From the IMG/VR virus record IMGVR_UViG_3300032216_000217, positions 1 through 29,102 of that record: a DNA stretch of 29,102 bases; one strand, written 5' to 3'. Shown here piece after piece: positions 1 to 9,499 of this stretch. Position 1 is the first letter of the stretch, and the number at the start of each line of letters is the position of its first letter. The notes under the pieces are model-generated. The model was not told the origin of the DNA. It did not search any database and worked only from the letters and a program-made list of their open reading frames with translations. A program made the translations under genes and the position numbers. Origin of the DNA: a virus. Taxonomy: Duplodnaviria; Caudoviricetes.

Positions 1-1002
1 CAGTTGGTCAGAACTGGCGATGTCAACCTAACAAACTTGGCTGGCGGAACTTTGGGAAATCTTGTTGGTAGTGAAGTTGCTGACGAGACAGGTTCAAAAT
101 TGGCGGGTAGCGTTGCATCCAGCCTGACAAACAGCACCATTCGTGGAGTAGACCCTGTCACTGGCCTTATCAATGTTGGCGTTAATTCAGCCGTAAATAA
201 TGGGATTGATTCAGTCCTTGGTTTTTCTAAGTCTTCTGGTTTGGACGATGCCGTTACTGGTGAAGACCAAAGCGGTGTTACAAAAACAGGATCAGTTGCA
301 AGCGGATTAAACGCAATTGCAGAAGCAGATGCAAATAATGCAACTCCTGTAACGGGTGGATTGACTCAACTTGCTGAAAACCCATCTGCCAAAATTGAAG
401 ATATAACAACATCAACAGGAAATGCAACGCCTTCAGCAAGAGTTGATGATATTGCTTCTGGTACATCAGTTGCCGAGCCTGACGTTGCGTCTTCCAATAT
501 CACGCAACCAGTAGGCGGCTTGAACCAGATTGTTCCTACTACAGCGGATGAGGAAAATCAACCTGTTGCTCCAGCACCATTGACTCAATCTGTTGAGGAT
601 ATTGGCAAGGTCGTACCTAAAACTGATGAGACCAAAGAAAATGTTCAGCCTAGCACTGACAAAACATCTACTGGTTTGCCATCTGCACAAACAACGGTTG
701 GTTCTGCTGTTGCGGGAAAATTAACATCTTTGCTTAAACCTCAACTTGTTAGTAGCGCAACAAAGGCAATTACTGGTTCTTCTACTGCGCAGAAAAAAGC
801 GACTGCAACGCAAATTTCTGCATCAAAGCCTAGCAAGCCTCCTGCTCAAGTGGATGTAAGTAAGTTGATGCCTGTTACAAAACCTGTAACCACAAAAGCG
901 CCAAATAGCGCTCCATTGAAGGTGGATATCAGCACACTCTCGCCTATTAAAAATGTGACTGGCCTGACATCTATTTTAAATAACGCAAAAAAACTGGGAT
1001 AA
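1..1002 (+). CDS. 5'-truncated low-complexity (S/T/P/G-rich) putative virion/ejection protein
   Basis: Frame open from base 1 to TAA at 1000-1002; Gly/Ser/Thr-rich; first of a co-oriented run of ejection-type genes. Function inferred from context only. Confidence 0.6.
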   Translation, partial: QLVRTGDVNLTNLAGGTLGNLVGSEVADETGSKLAGSVASSLTNSTIRGVDPVTGLINVGVNSAVNNGIDSVLGFSKSSGLDDAVTGEDQSGVTKTGSVASGLNAIAEADANNATPVTGGLTQLAENPSAKIEDITTSTGNATPSARVDDIASGTSVAEPDVASSNITQPVGGLNQIVPTTADEENQPVAPAPLTQSVEDIGKVVPKTDETKENVQPSTDKTSTGLPSAQTTVGSAVAGKLTSLLKPQLVSSATKAITGSSTAQKKATATQISASKPSKPPAQVDVSKLMPVTKPVTTKAPNSAPLKVDISTLSPIKNVTGLTSILNNAKKLG

Positions 1003-1005
1003 AAA

Positions 1006-3771
1006 ATGGCAAGAAATTTTAATCCAATGGAGACTAGGACACCAGTCCGAACAATTAGTTCGGTAATGCGTAACGCTCCTCGTCAATTTTTCCAGCCCCA
1101 GCGTCTTGATTTTGCTGGCCCGCAGACCAATCTCAACCCAATCAATAATGCTGTTACATCGGTTATAAATCAAGGGGGGGCAAACGGTTTGCCTCCTATA
1201 AACAATCCTGTTTCTCCAATTACCTCTACTGGTGGCACGGGTACAACAAGACCAGTCACATCAGTGGTCAAACCCTCCACGGTAGTTAAGCCTGCGACAG
1301 TGGTTAAGCCTGCATCTACTTCGGTAAAAACTTCGCCTAAAACTACAAATCCATCAAAACCTATTGCGCCTGTTACTAAACCAACAACAAAGCCAGATAC
1401 AAAACCTGTTGCGCCTGTTAAGCCAATTACGTCCCCCGTGACAAAGCCAATAACGCCTGTCAAGCCTATTACTTCGCCTACAACAAAACCAACCTTAACA
1501 CCAACAACTAAGCCAAGCACTTCTGGTTTGACAAGCGTTTTAAATAACTCACTTGCTAAAACAATTCTTGGTGCTGGCGCTGGAACTCTTATTGGTAAAG
1601 TTTTGGGCGGTGGAACAAAACCTACAACAGGTGGGACTACGGGCGGAACTACGGGTGGGACAAAACAACCCGCTGGTGGCTCAAAGTTACCAACTGGGGG
1701 AACTTCTGGAAGCACAATAAAGCCAAAGATTGGTGGTGGTACAAAACCAAATACACCTTTAACTGATGAAGAAATTCAGGCGGAACTGGATAGAGTGAAA
1801 GCATCTGAAGAGCCGTGGATTCCGCCAGAGGGCGCTATTGATAATGGCGATGGAACTTACACCGTGATTGAGGACGGTATCAAAACTACTTACGGCTCCG
1901 ATGGAAGTACGCTTGGAATGGAGGCTGTTGATGGCACTGCCGTTGCTGACAACAAAATTACCGCAGATGATATAAATTATTTTCAAGATGATGCTGGAAA
2001 TATTTATAACTCCAACGGGGATTTGGTTCAATACGCAGACGGAAGCACCCCAGACACAAGTAATGACGATACCGTTGTTGCTGGTAATGATGCAACCAAC
2101 GAAGAATATTTTACAGACGATGCTGGAAATACTTATAACGCCAATGGAGACTTAATTGCGTATGCTGATGGTTCCGACCCGAATGCTGATGACACAGTAG
2201 TTGCTGGCGATGACACAGGCGGCGATGACACTGTAATTGCTAGTGGTGATGAATTTGACGATGGTACTGAATTTGCAAAAGATGGTGGTTCTATGCATCA
2301 AAAAAGAAAAGGCGGACTGCCAAGATTTGTAGGTGGCGGTACAACATATTCCGATACCACAGAAGAAATTCAACCTTGGCAAAATGTTGACCTTGAATTC
2401 ACCGATAACGCAAATGGCCCAATAACTGGAAGCCAATCTTTGTATAAAGGTAGCGCCCCATATAACCCAACATATTTAAAAAGCGCTCCTGTTGCGTTAT
2501 CTAATATTGTGGGAAACGATAGTATGAATGGAAACTCTGTAGACTGGTCTGACAACGGCGATGGAACTGCAAGTTATTGGGACGGTAGCGAATATGTAAC
2601 CGTGGATTCTGAAACTGGCAATGAGTTGTACAGAACCAATGACAGCGGCCAAATTATTGACACTTCAACAACATCATCTGGATCAAGCATGAATGGCAAT
2701 CCAGTTGACTTTATCGACAATGGTGATGGCACTGCCAGTTATTGGGATGGCAATCAATATGTGACTGTTGATTCAGAGACTGGTAACGAGTTGTATCGCA
2801 CTGATGAAAATGGTCAAATTGTTGGCGCAAATACAGCCGTCAAGCCAATAACATCTGTTGGTAGTGGCAACGCACTAAGTTACGCCGCTGAAAAGGCAAA
2901 AAAGGAAGAAGAGGCAAAAAAGAACCTGCCTAAGACCCCTGACGATACTGGCGTTCTGGATGCGCTCAAGGGCTACATCAAAGACAACCCCGGCCTCGCT
3001 GGCGGTGCAATTGGCGCATTGCTTTCATCAATGATGAACTCAAGCGGTGACTCTGCTGGCCCGTCTCAGCCTGTAGACATTTCTGCGCTTACATCGTTTG
3101 CGCCAAGAACAACGGACTTTGGCCCCGGTATGGCTGGCGGACGCACAGGAACTGGTAGCACGATTGTTCCCTACCAAGACTATGACCAAGGTTTTGATTA
3201 TCAATACACCCCTGACGAACGCCTGTATTCAGACCTCGGTATATCTGGCTACTTGAACGAGCCTGAGATGACTGCCTACACTGACGACCAAGGTAATCCA
3301 GTGGATCAGTATGGAAACGCTTTAAACGACACAGGAAACGCCGAGGAGCCAGCAATGGCCTCTGGTGGCCCAACGACTCATTACACTTTTGGTCGCGTAA
3401 TTGATCCCGCCGAAAGTCTTGGTTTGGCTCAAGGCATGAAAAAGGGTGGATTGTCTCAGGCTCATACCGTTCACAGTCACCACACCAACCCAGTGGTAGA
3501 TGAGCGCATAGATTTCCGCCAAGGCTCCGCTGTTAACGGCGCTGGCGACGGTCAATCTGACGATATCCCTGCATGGCTGGCGGATGGCGAATACGTTATG
3601 GATGCCGAATTGGTTTCCATGTTGGGCAATGGCTCCAATAAGGCTGGCGCGAAAGTGCTAGATAAATTCCGCGAGGAGGTACGGGCGCACAAAAGAAGCG
3701 CACCTCTCGGTAAAATACCCCCAAAGGCTAAATCACCTTTGAACTATATCAAGGAGTCTATGAATGGCTGA
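1006..3771 (+). CDS. 921-aa putative internal virion protein with P/T/K-rich N-terminus, acidic DNGDGT/DDAGN repeats and a C-terminal tape-measure-like G.G.G.SD.IPA.L..GEYV domain
   Basis: Long ORF with GGGA SD; internal repeats visible; C-terminal NGAGDGQSDDIPAWLADGEYV motif. Confidence 0.7.
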   Translation: MARNFNPMETRTPVRTISSVMRNAPRQFFQPQRLDFAGPQTNLNPINNAVTSVINQGGANGLPPINNPVSPITSTGGTGTTRPVTSVVKPSTVVKPATVVKPASTSVKTSPKTTNPSKPIAPVTKPTTKPDTKPVAPVKPITSPVTKPITPVKPITSPTTKPTLTPTTKPSTSGLTSVLNNSLAKTILGAGAGTLIGKVLGGGTKPTTGGTTGGTTGGTKQPAGGSKLPTGGTSGSTIKPKIGGGTKPNTPLTDEEIQAELDRVKASEEPWIPPEGAIDNGDGTYTVIEDGIKTTYGSDGSTLGMEAVDGTAVADNKITADDINYFQDDAGNIYNSNGDLVQYADGSTPDTSNDDTVVAGNDATNEEYFTDDAGNTYNANGDLIAYADGSDPNADDTVVAGDDTGGDDTVIASGDEFDDGTEFAKDGGSMHQKRKGGLPRFVGGGTTYSDTTEEIQPWQNVDLEFTDNANGPITGSQSLYKGSAPYNPTYLKSAPVALSNIVGNDSMNGNSVDWSDNGDGTASYWDGSEYVTVDSETGNELYRTNDSGQIIDTSTTSSGSSMNGNPVDFIDNGDGTASYWDGNQYVTVDSETGNELYRTDENGQIVGANTAVKPITSVGSGNALSYAAEKAKKEEEAKKNLPKTPDDTGVLDALKGYIKDNPGLAGGAIGALLSSMMNSSGDSAGPSQPVDISALTSFAPRTTDFGPGMAGGRTGTGSTIVPYQDYDQGFDYQYTPDERLYSDLGISGYLNEPEMTAYTDDQGNPVDQYGNALNDTGNAEEPAMASGGPTTHYTFGRVIDPAESLGLAQGMKKGGLSQAHTVHSHHTNPVVDERIDFRQGSAVNGAGDGQSDDIPAWLADGEYVMDAELVSMLGNGSNKAGAKVLDKFREEVRAHKRSAPLGKIPPKAKSPLNYIKESMNG
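1978..2208 (+). repeat. Two imperfect tandem coding repeats (YF.DDAGN.YN.NGDL..YADGS.P...DDTVVAG)
   Basis: Copies at 1978-2085 and 2107-2208; DNA gatgctggaaata(t/c)ttataac is shared. Confidence 0.9.
2521..2823 (+). repeat. Two imperfect 46-aa coding repeats (SMNGN.VD..DNGDGTASYWDG..YVTVDSETGNELYRT...GQI)
   Basis: Copies at 2521-2658 and 2686-2823, 165-nt period. Confidence 0.92.
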
Positions 3772-4774
3772 TCTATTCCAAGGCGCGGCACTGCCAGATG
3801 TAACCACAACGGTTCAGAAGCAGGAGACCGCCCCCGAGTTTTACACGAATTACCTTCAAGACATTGCCAACTTGGGTCAAAGCGCCGTCCAGCAAGGCGG
3901 TGTGGCTGGGTTTGGCCCACTGCAACAGCAAGCCTTTCAGATGGCCCCAGACTTGGCGTTTGCTGGTTCTGGCTCACTAGGTCAAGCCAGCCAGATGCTG
4001 ACAGGCGCAGGCGGTACAGCAACTCCTGAGATCGTTCAAGGTTACATGAACCCGTATCAGTCTGCCGTAGTGGACGAGATGGGGCGCTTGGTCAATCGCA
4101 ACGTACAAGAAAATGTTTTGCCTGCGCTAGGTGGCGCGGCGGCTGGCACTGGGCAATTTGGTTCACGTCGCCAGCAACAGATTACTGGTAACACCTTGCG
4201 CGACATTCAAAGCGATTTGCTGGGTAAACAATACCAAGCCCTCAATACTGGATACGACACGGCCACAAAGGCCGCTCAAACCGACTTAAGTCGTCAATTA
4301 TCCGCAGGTCAAGGCTTGACTCAATTAGGCCAAGAGCAGTTCCAAACAGGTACTGGCGGTTTGAATGCACTGTATAACCTTGGCGCTAATCAGCAGAAGT
4401 TAGGTCAGGCGGCTTTGGATTACCCAATGATTGCGGCGCAGAACTATTCCAAATTGTTGCCAGCGGGTATGGTTCCTATGGGATCAATTCAACAAACGGT
4501 GGCCCCCGGCACGCAGGGCCAATTCGGTGTCAGCCCTCTGGCTCAGATTGGCTCTCTCGGCTCTATCTTGTATTCGCTTTATTCTGGCGATCCAACCTCT
4601 GTTGAAAATGCCGCTAAAACTGCAATAGCGGGTGGTAAGCCTATAGTAAAAGCAGACGGTGGCGCTGTGATGATGGCAGATGGTGGCGGTGCTCACAGCA
4701 ATATGCCAATGGGCGCGGAATATCACGACGGTCAAGGAAATTATTACGACGAACATGGCTTTTTAGTGGGATAA
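3764..4774 (+). CDS. Putative DNA transfer/pilot (ejection) protein, Q/G/A-rich
   Basis: AAGGAG SD; YMNPYQ..V, GQFGSRRQ and Q-rich helices typical of podovirus ejection proteins; position in the operon. Confidence 0.65.
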   Translation: MADLFQGAALPDVTTTVQKQETAPEFYTNYLQDIANLGQSAVQQGGVAGFGPLQQQAFQMAPDLAFAGSGSLGQASQMLTGAGGTATPEIVQGYMNPYQSAVVDEMGRLVNRNVQENVLPALGGAAAGTGQFGSRRQQQITGNTLRDIQSDLLGKQYQALNTGYDTATKAAQTDLSRQLSAGQGLTQLGQEQFQTGTGGLNALYNLGANQQKLGQAALDYPMIAAQNYSKLLPAGMVPMGSIQQTVAPGTQGQFGVSPLAQIGSLGSILYSLYSGDPTSVENAAKTAIAGGKPIVKADGGAVMMADGGGAHSNMPMGAEYHDGQGNYYDEHGFLVG

Positions 4775-4777
4775 AAA

Positions 4778-6508
4778 ATGAACACACAACCACAACCACA
4801 AGGTGGCTTGAATCAAGTTGCCCCTCAGCCACAGCCCAGATCGGCTCCGCAACCAAAAGTAGATCAGTCTGCTGATGCTGACCGCATTGCCGCCGAGCAA
4901 GTAACGCAAGCGGATGAGCCGTTTGACGTAAATAAAGAAATCACAAACCTAAATAAGGGGCGTATGCAGTTGGATCAGCAGATTCAACGTATGCAAGAGT
5001 CTTTGCAAAAGCGCCAGCAGTTGCCCTATGACCCACGTTTTATGGCGTTGGGTATTGGTTTGGCCTCTCCCACCAAGACTGGTAGTTTTGTTGAATCTTT
5101 AGGCCAAGGCATGGGCGAGTTCCACAAAGCCACGCTAGGTGAGAATGAGCGCCAGCAGGCTATGGATACGCAAAACTTAGACTTGATGATGAAGCAACAG
5201 CAGTTGCGTCAAAAGTTAGCAGGCTCTGCAATGTTGCAAGGTCTTGGTAGCCCACAAGGCGGAGGCGTTCCATCACAAGGCGCTCCTATGGGCGGGCTGG
5301 CTGTGCCGGGTGGTATGCCTGCGGGTCGCCCCGGCTCACCCACATCGGCTACAGGTTTTCAACCTATCGGTCGCAATGAGTTGGTTGCTGGTCAGCAAAT
5401 TGGTGACCCAGATACAGAAAAGTTTTTGTTCAACCTTCAAAAGGCTGAAGTTGAAGCCAAGAAAGCATCAGACGCTGGATTCACCGAAGTAACAATTCCT
5501 TACAGTGATAAGAAGTTTAAGGTTCGTACCGAAGTTGCTGATGGTTTCTTCGAGGCGGCGCGTCAAGCGGCTGTTACTGGCAACGAACAGATTCTAATTA
5601 AGTTTATGGCCGAAAACGGCATGATTACGCCAATTGGTAAAAAAAATGCCCAAGGAAAAATTGAGTATGAGAGGCCACAAACTGCTTTGGAAGAGGCCCA
5701 AGAGAAAGAGCGCTTAACTCAAACTGAAAAGACTCGTGCAGAATCTTCTGAGAAATCTGCAACTGAATTAAAGAACCGTGCCGCTGTTTCTTTTGACAAT
5801 CAACAGACTGGATACGACATGATTAGTTATGTCAAAAACCAACCCGAGATATTCAGATTTATGAATACTGGTGGTTTGACCGACACGCTTATGACTGCGA
5901 TTAAAAACGGTGTAGCGGGAACGGTTGGGGGGGCTGACCTTCGCGTGAACCTTCCTCTTGAGACATTGAAGCGTTTGTACAAGAGTAAGACTGGTGAGAA
6001 CATGACTGACGCGCAAATTGATACCTTGCAAATGTTTGCACAGTCTGCCGCGCAACTCAACATTCAGTTCCGTAAAACTATGCAAGGTCAGGGTCAGATC
6101 ACCGAGAAAGAAAGCGAACTGGCAAAACAACTTGGTGCAATGTTGGACGATAGCGATGTTGTCATTCGCCTCAAGTCTGAATTGATGATTGAGCGTGCTA
6201 AGTTTGACAAAAAGGCTTACGGTGCTTGGCTTGATTATCGTAAGAGCGGTAAATCTTATGACGAGTTTATGCATTCCAAGGAATACGAAAACCTTCAATC
6301 GGAATACTCCGACACGCTCAAAAACATTCGTGAACAGAATGCTGACTTACTTAAGAAAAAACCTTCAGCATCACCTGCATCTGCTAATCCTAATGCCAAG
6401 CCTTCAACTTCCGCAAAGCCACTACCACCGACGGATTCGTCTGTGCCACCCGGCTATATCGCCGACCCGCAAACTGGCGTAATTCGCAAGAAACGCCAAG
6501 GGGAGTAA
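4778..6508 (+). CDS. Putative ejection (DNA transfer) protein, 576 aa, helical/coiled coil
   Basis: Long ORF; MALGIGLASPTKTGSFVESLG amphipathic segment; lies between two other ejection-type genes. Confidence 0.6.
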   Translation: MNTQPQPQGGLNQVAPQPQPRSAPQPKVDQSADADRIAAEQVTQADEPFDVNKEITNLNKGRMQLDQQIQRMQESLQKRQQLPYDPRFMALGIGLASPTKTGSFVESLGQGMGEFHKATLGENERQQAMDTQNLDLMMKQQQLRQKLAGSAMLQGLGSPQGGGVPSQGAPMGGLAVPGGMPAGRPGSPTSATGFQPIGRNELVAGQQIGDPDTEKFLFNLQKAEVEAKKASDAGFTEVTIPYSDKKFKVRTEVADGFFEAARQAAVTGNEQILIKFMAENGMITPIGKKNAQGKIEYERPQTALEEAQEKERLTQTEKTRAESSEKSATELKNRAAVSFDNQQTGYDMISYVKNQPEIFRFMNTGGLTDTLMTAIKNGVAGTVGGADLRVNLPLETLKRLYKSKTGENMTDAQIDTLQMFAQSAAQLNIQFRKTMQGQGQITEKESELAKQLGAMLDDSDVVIRLKSELMIERAKFDKKAYGAWLDYRKSGKSYDEFMHSKEYENLQSEYSDTLKNIREQNADLLKKKPSASPASANPNAKPSTSAKPLPPTDSSVPPGYIADPQTGVIRKKRQGE

Positions 6509-6509
6509 T

Positions 6510-8327
6510 ATGGCTAATGACCACGTCAAGATGTTCACCGAGGAGTACAGCCCTATTGCCATGCAGGTAAGCAGGCAAACTGGAATTGCTCCTTCTGTGC
6601 TTTTGGCTCAGTGGGGTATGGAGTCTGACTATGGCCGTAGACCAACAGGCCACTTTAACTTTGGCAATATCAAAGATTTGTCTGGTAAAGGCAAAGAAGG
6701 TGTTGACAACCAAACTGGGTCAAAAGACAAGTATCTAAATTTTGAAAGCCCAGAGGCGTTTGGTGACTACTACGCGCACATGATGCGTCGCCTATATCCC
6801 AATGCATTGAATTCAGGCTCTGACATTTCTAAGTACGCCGAAGGCTTACGCACGGGGATCAAAGGTTCTTATGCTGAAGATGAGAACTACGAGGACAAAG
6901 TTCGCGGCGCTTACCAAGTGACTTCTGGCTTTTACAAAGACCCTGACGAATTGCCAACGGTTCGCCCACCAACGCAAGCCGAACAAATTAAGCAAGAGCG
7001 TGAAGAGCGTGGCGAGACTGACGATACAAATACAACTCCTCCAAAAACAGAAGTTGTAAGTCCTGCGACAGCGGCGGCTGTGGGCGCGGCTACTACCACA
7101 TTAGGACAAGTTCCATTTGCGCCAACGATGCCTGAAAAGGTTCCTGATCTTAGTAATTTGGAAGATGCGGCGGACAAAGCCAAGCGTCGCGCAGATATTG
7201 CCGAGCAACGCTTACGACAGCGCACAACTAGCGCCATGCCAATTGCTGGCGGAACAGACTTGCCTACACTCGAGGCTGAGTACAAGCGTTCTCAATTTTT
7301 GTTCCAGCAAGCCGAGCAGGAATTGCAGGCCGCTATGGCCGCGCAAAAAGCAAAGTTGCCACCTACCCCTGCACCAAGCGCTCCAGAGGTTCCTACAGCA
7401 CCTCAAATCATTACTGATCCAAATGCACCTGTTCAAACCTCCCAAGAAAGAATACTTCAGGGAAAGATTGATCCAACTACTGGAAACACTGGTCGCCAAA
7501 ACATGGTTTTTAATGAAGTTACTTCATGGGAGGCCAATGAAAGGGAATTGCAACAGAAGGCTTTGCAAGAAGCCCAAAGGGCTGGACTTATTCCCGATAC
7601 TGGTCAACAAGTTCGATCACAGTTTGGTAAGCCTAGTGGGACAAAGTCTGGCATTCTTGTTCCGCCAGATGTTGCCGAACCTTTAAATCGACAAGCCGAA
7701 CTTGATCAACGCATTGCTGACGACAAAGCGGCGCAAGAAAGGCTACATCAACAACAGGAAATGCAACGCTTAAAAAATGAGCGTGCTCTTGCGGCTCAAC
7801 AACAAAGCCAAGCGCAAGCCGCCCTGACCCAAGCACAACGCGCCAAGACCTCTGGCGTTACTCGCGCACAAACTGCGGCAGAAACAGCCGCTGACCGAGC
7901 CGCCGCCGCTCAGGCTGATTTGGCCGCTGGTCGTGTCACGGCAAGCACAGCACCCGGTGCTCTGGCTAGACCAATGGAAGTGACTGGAGTTAAAACGGCT
8001 AAGGCTCCAACAATTGTCAAGGGCGGCTTGGGCGCATTAGGTGGTTATGAGGCCGCTACAGGCGCAAACACCTTGGCAAATATTCCTGTGCAAGAATTGA
8101 TGAAACGATTCAACTCAGGCGACCGCAGTCCAGAATTGTTGCAAGCGCTGGCGCAGGCTACTGGTGCAATAGGACAAACGGTTGCAGGTGGTGCGGCTAT
8201 GTTGCCAGCAATGGGGCCAAAGACGGCGCGTATCAAAGGCGCTGGAACTATTGGAACATTGGGACTTGGCGCTTATCAAGCCTACCAAGCCCTGCAAAAT
8301 GAGGCGGCTAAAGAACCTACGCAATAA
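6510..8327 (+). CDS. Virion-associated peptidoglycan hydrolase/ejection protein with N-terminal GH73 (FlgJ-like) glucosaminidase domain
   Basis: LAQWGMESDYG (catalytic Glu), NFGNIK, YLNFES and YAEDENY (YATD-like) motifs in the first ~140 aa, followed by Q/A-rich coiled coils. Confidence 0.8.
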   Translation: MANDHVKMFTEEYSPIAMQVSRQTGIAPSVLLAQWGMESDYGRRPTGHFNFGNIKDLSGKGKEGVDNQTGSKDKYLNFESPEAFGDYYAHMMRRLYPNALNSGSDISKYAEGLRTGIKGSYAEDENYEDKVRGAYQVTSGFYKDPDELPTVRPPTQAEQIKQEREERGETDDTNTTPPKTEVVSPATAAAVGAATTTLGQVPFAPTMPEKVPDLSNLEDAADKAKRRADIAEQRLRQRTTSAMPIAGGTDLPTLEAEYKRSQFLFQQAEQELQAAMAAQKAKLPPTPAPSAPEVPTAPQIITDPNAPVQTSQERILQGKIDPTTGNTGRQNMVFNEVTSWEANERELQQKALQEAQRAGLIPDTGQQVRSQFGKPSGTKSGILVPPDVAEPLNRQAELDQRIADDKAAQERLHQQQEMQRLKNERALAAQQQSQAQAALTQAQRAKTSGVTRAQTAAETAADRAAAAQADLAAGRVTASTAPGALARPMEVTGVKTAKAPTIVKGGLGALGGYEAATGANTLANIPVQELMKRFNSGDRSPELLQALAQATGAIGQTVAGGAAMLPAMGPKTARIKGAGTIGTLGLGAYQAYQALQNEAAKEPTQ

Positions 8328-8363
8328 TGGTATCCGAGGAGCAGTTGCCACTCTCCCTCGTTA

Positions 8364-8388
8364 GCCCCCCTCACGGGGGGTTTTTTTT
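8364..8388 (+). terminator. Rho-independent terminator of the virion operon
   Basis: CCCCCC-TCAC-GGGGGG stem followed by T8, at the point where the + and - operons converge. Confidence 0.9.
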
Positions 8389-8488
8389 ATGCGTTGCCTG
8401 CTGTCCACATTAACAGCATTTGAGTCTGTAGAAGGTTATGCTCGGCATCTTCGACACCGTCGTCAAAGCCTTGCATATATGCCTCCAT
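8387..8488 (-). CDS. Small hypothetical protein (MEAYMQGFDDG...)
   Basis: GAGG SD before the ATG at 8488; AY..GF..G pattern common in small phage proteins; start uncertain (track gives 8569). Confidence 0.4.
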   Translation of the reverse strand: MEAYMQGFDDGVEDAEHNLLQTQMLLMWTAGNA

Positions 8489-8499
8489 CAGAGCCTCTT

Positions 8500-8721
8500 C
8501 TATTTCGGCCTCTGATTTGCCAACGAGCGGGCCACCTCTGAGTTCATGTCGTTCACAATTTGTACGCATCTCTGGTGCTCCTTGCCAGCAATGATTGGTT
8601 GAAGGTACGCTTCCAGTTTATGCGCAAACTGGACGATGTCCACCTCGTCTGCGATAAGCGCGTTTGGCTCGTGCAGGTCGCAGTAAAAAAAGATTTGCTT
8701 GACTTCTTCTTCGCTTAACAT
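8500..8721 (-). CDS. Hypothetical protein, 73 aa
   Basis: GAGGT SD; follows the exonuclease gene closely. Confidence 0.7.
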   Translation of the reverse strand: MLSEEEVKQIFFYCDLHEPNALIADEVDIVQFAHKLEAYLQPIIAGKEHQRCVQIVNDMNSEVARSLANQRPK

Positions 8722-8728
8722 GGTTACC

Positions 8729-9499
8729 TCATTGGTGTTGATTTTTAAGTTGCCAAAACGACAGGAGATGCATAAACATTTCCCAGCCGCGATCTAAGTC
8801 CTCAGCCTGCCATTCTTTTACGACGACAAGACCGGGGACGCTACGAGACACAAACACGTTTGCGCAACGTGCCTGCGGTATGCCTAGACCAACTCGATAT
8901 GCCGCGAGTTGCATAAGGTGCTCGTCATAGGCATCGACCTTTGCGGGGTCGCTAAATTCTTTGGTCTTGATGTCAATGACGGCGTTAAGGGTTCCAGCGC
9001 AAAATAAGTCGCACTTACCTCCAAAACCCGCCTCGTGTGCAAAGGAACGCTCGGATATCCAGACGGCATCTCCGAAGTGCTCTTTGATTGATTGAACGCA
9101 GGCGCTAACACTCTCTTGGTGTTTTCCTGTTGGCTTGTCTTCATAGTGTCCTTGTATCGATGCATGGATGTCAGTTCCAGCATCCGCCGCCGAGCGACCC
9201 TGTTCTTTTGAGTCATTAATTATTCGGTCGATGTACTCTTTTTCAGGTTCGTCGGGGCGGCGTGGAAGGGTTAGCGCCGCATATAGCACCTGCTGTTGCA
9301 TCCACGCAAGCAGGGCTGGTTTAGCGGCAATATTGAGCACCGTAGTCACTGACGGTACAAGATTCATTGTACGGGCATCACGCAGGGTTGTAGCCCTTTG
9401 TCCGCCTTTCTTGGCTTCTACGGTGTATTGGGGTACGCCATCGCGGGTGTACCAGTGATTGCTCTCGCTAGCGCGAGGGGCAGAAACAGTGACGGTCAT
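8729..9499 (-). CDS. PD-(D/E)XK (Cas4/RecB-like) phage exonuclease
   Basis: PSVTTVL, GTDIH, E..., GKCD, IDIKT and QLAAY motifs. Confidence 0.88.
   Translation of the reverse strand: MTVTVSAPRASESNHWYTRDGVPQYTVEAKKGGQRATTLRDARTMNLVPSVTTVLNIAAKPALLAWMQQQVLYAALTLPRRPDEPEKEYIDRIINDSKEQGRSAADAGTDIHASIQGHYEDKPTGKHQESVSACVQSIKEHFGDAVWISERSFAHEAGFGGKCDLFCAGTLNAVIDIKTKEFSDPAKVDAYDEHLMQLAAYRVGLGIPQARCANVFVSRSVPGLVVVKEWQAEDLDRGWEMFMHLLSFWQLKNQHQ

Noticed and set aside
1170-1715. 181-aa minus-strand ORF and the many other antisense or alternate-frame ORFs in the track
   Set aside because: Shadows of repetitive or GC-rich real genes; no SD or recognisable motifs.
1978-2823. Repeat pairs as DGR template/variable repeats
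   Set aside because: Both copies are in frame in one gene, differences are not adenine-specific, and no reverse transcriptase is present.
6510-8327. Endolysin/lysis cassette
   Set aside because: The long coiled-coil extension and ejection-operon context, with no adjacent holin or spanin, favour a virion enzyme.
8729-9499. Cas4-like nuclease as evidence of CRISPR-Cas
   Set aside because: No repeat-spacer array or other cas genes; context is an SSB/exonuclease recombination operon.
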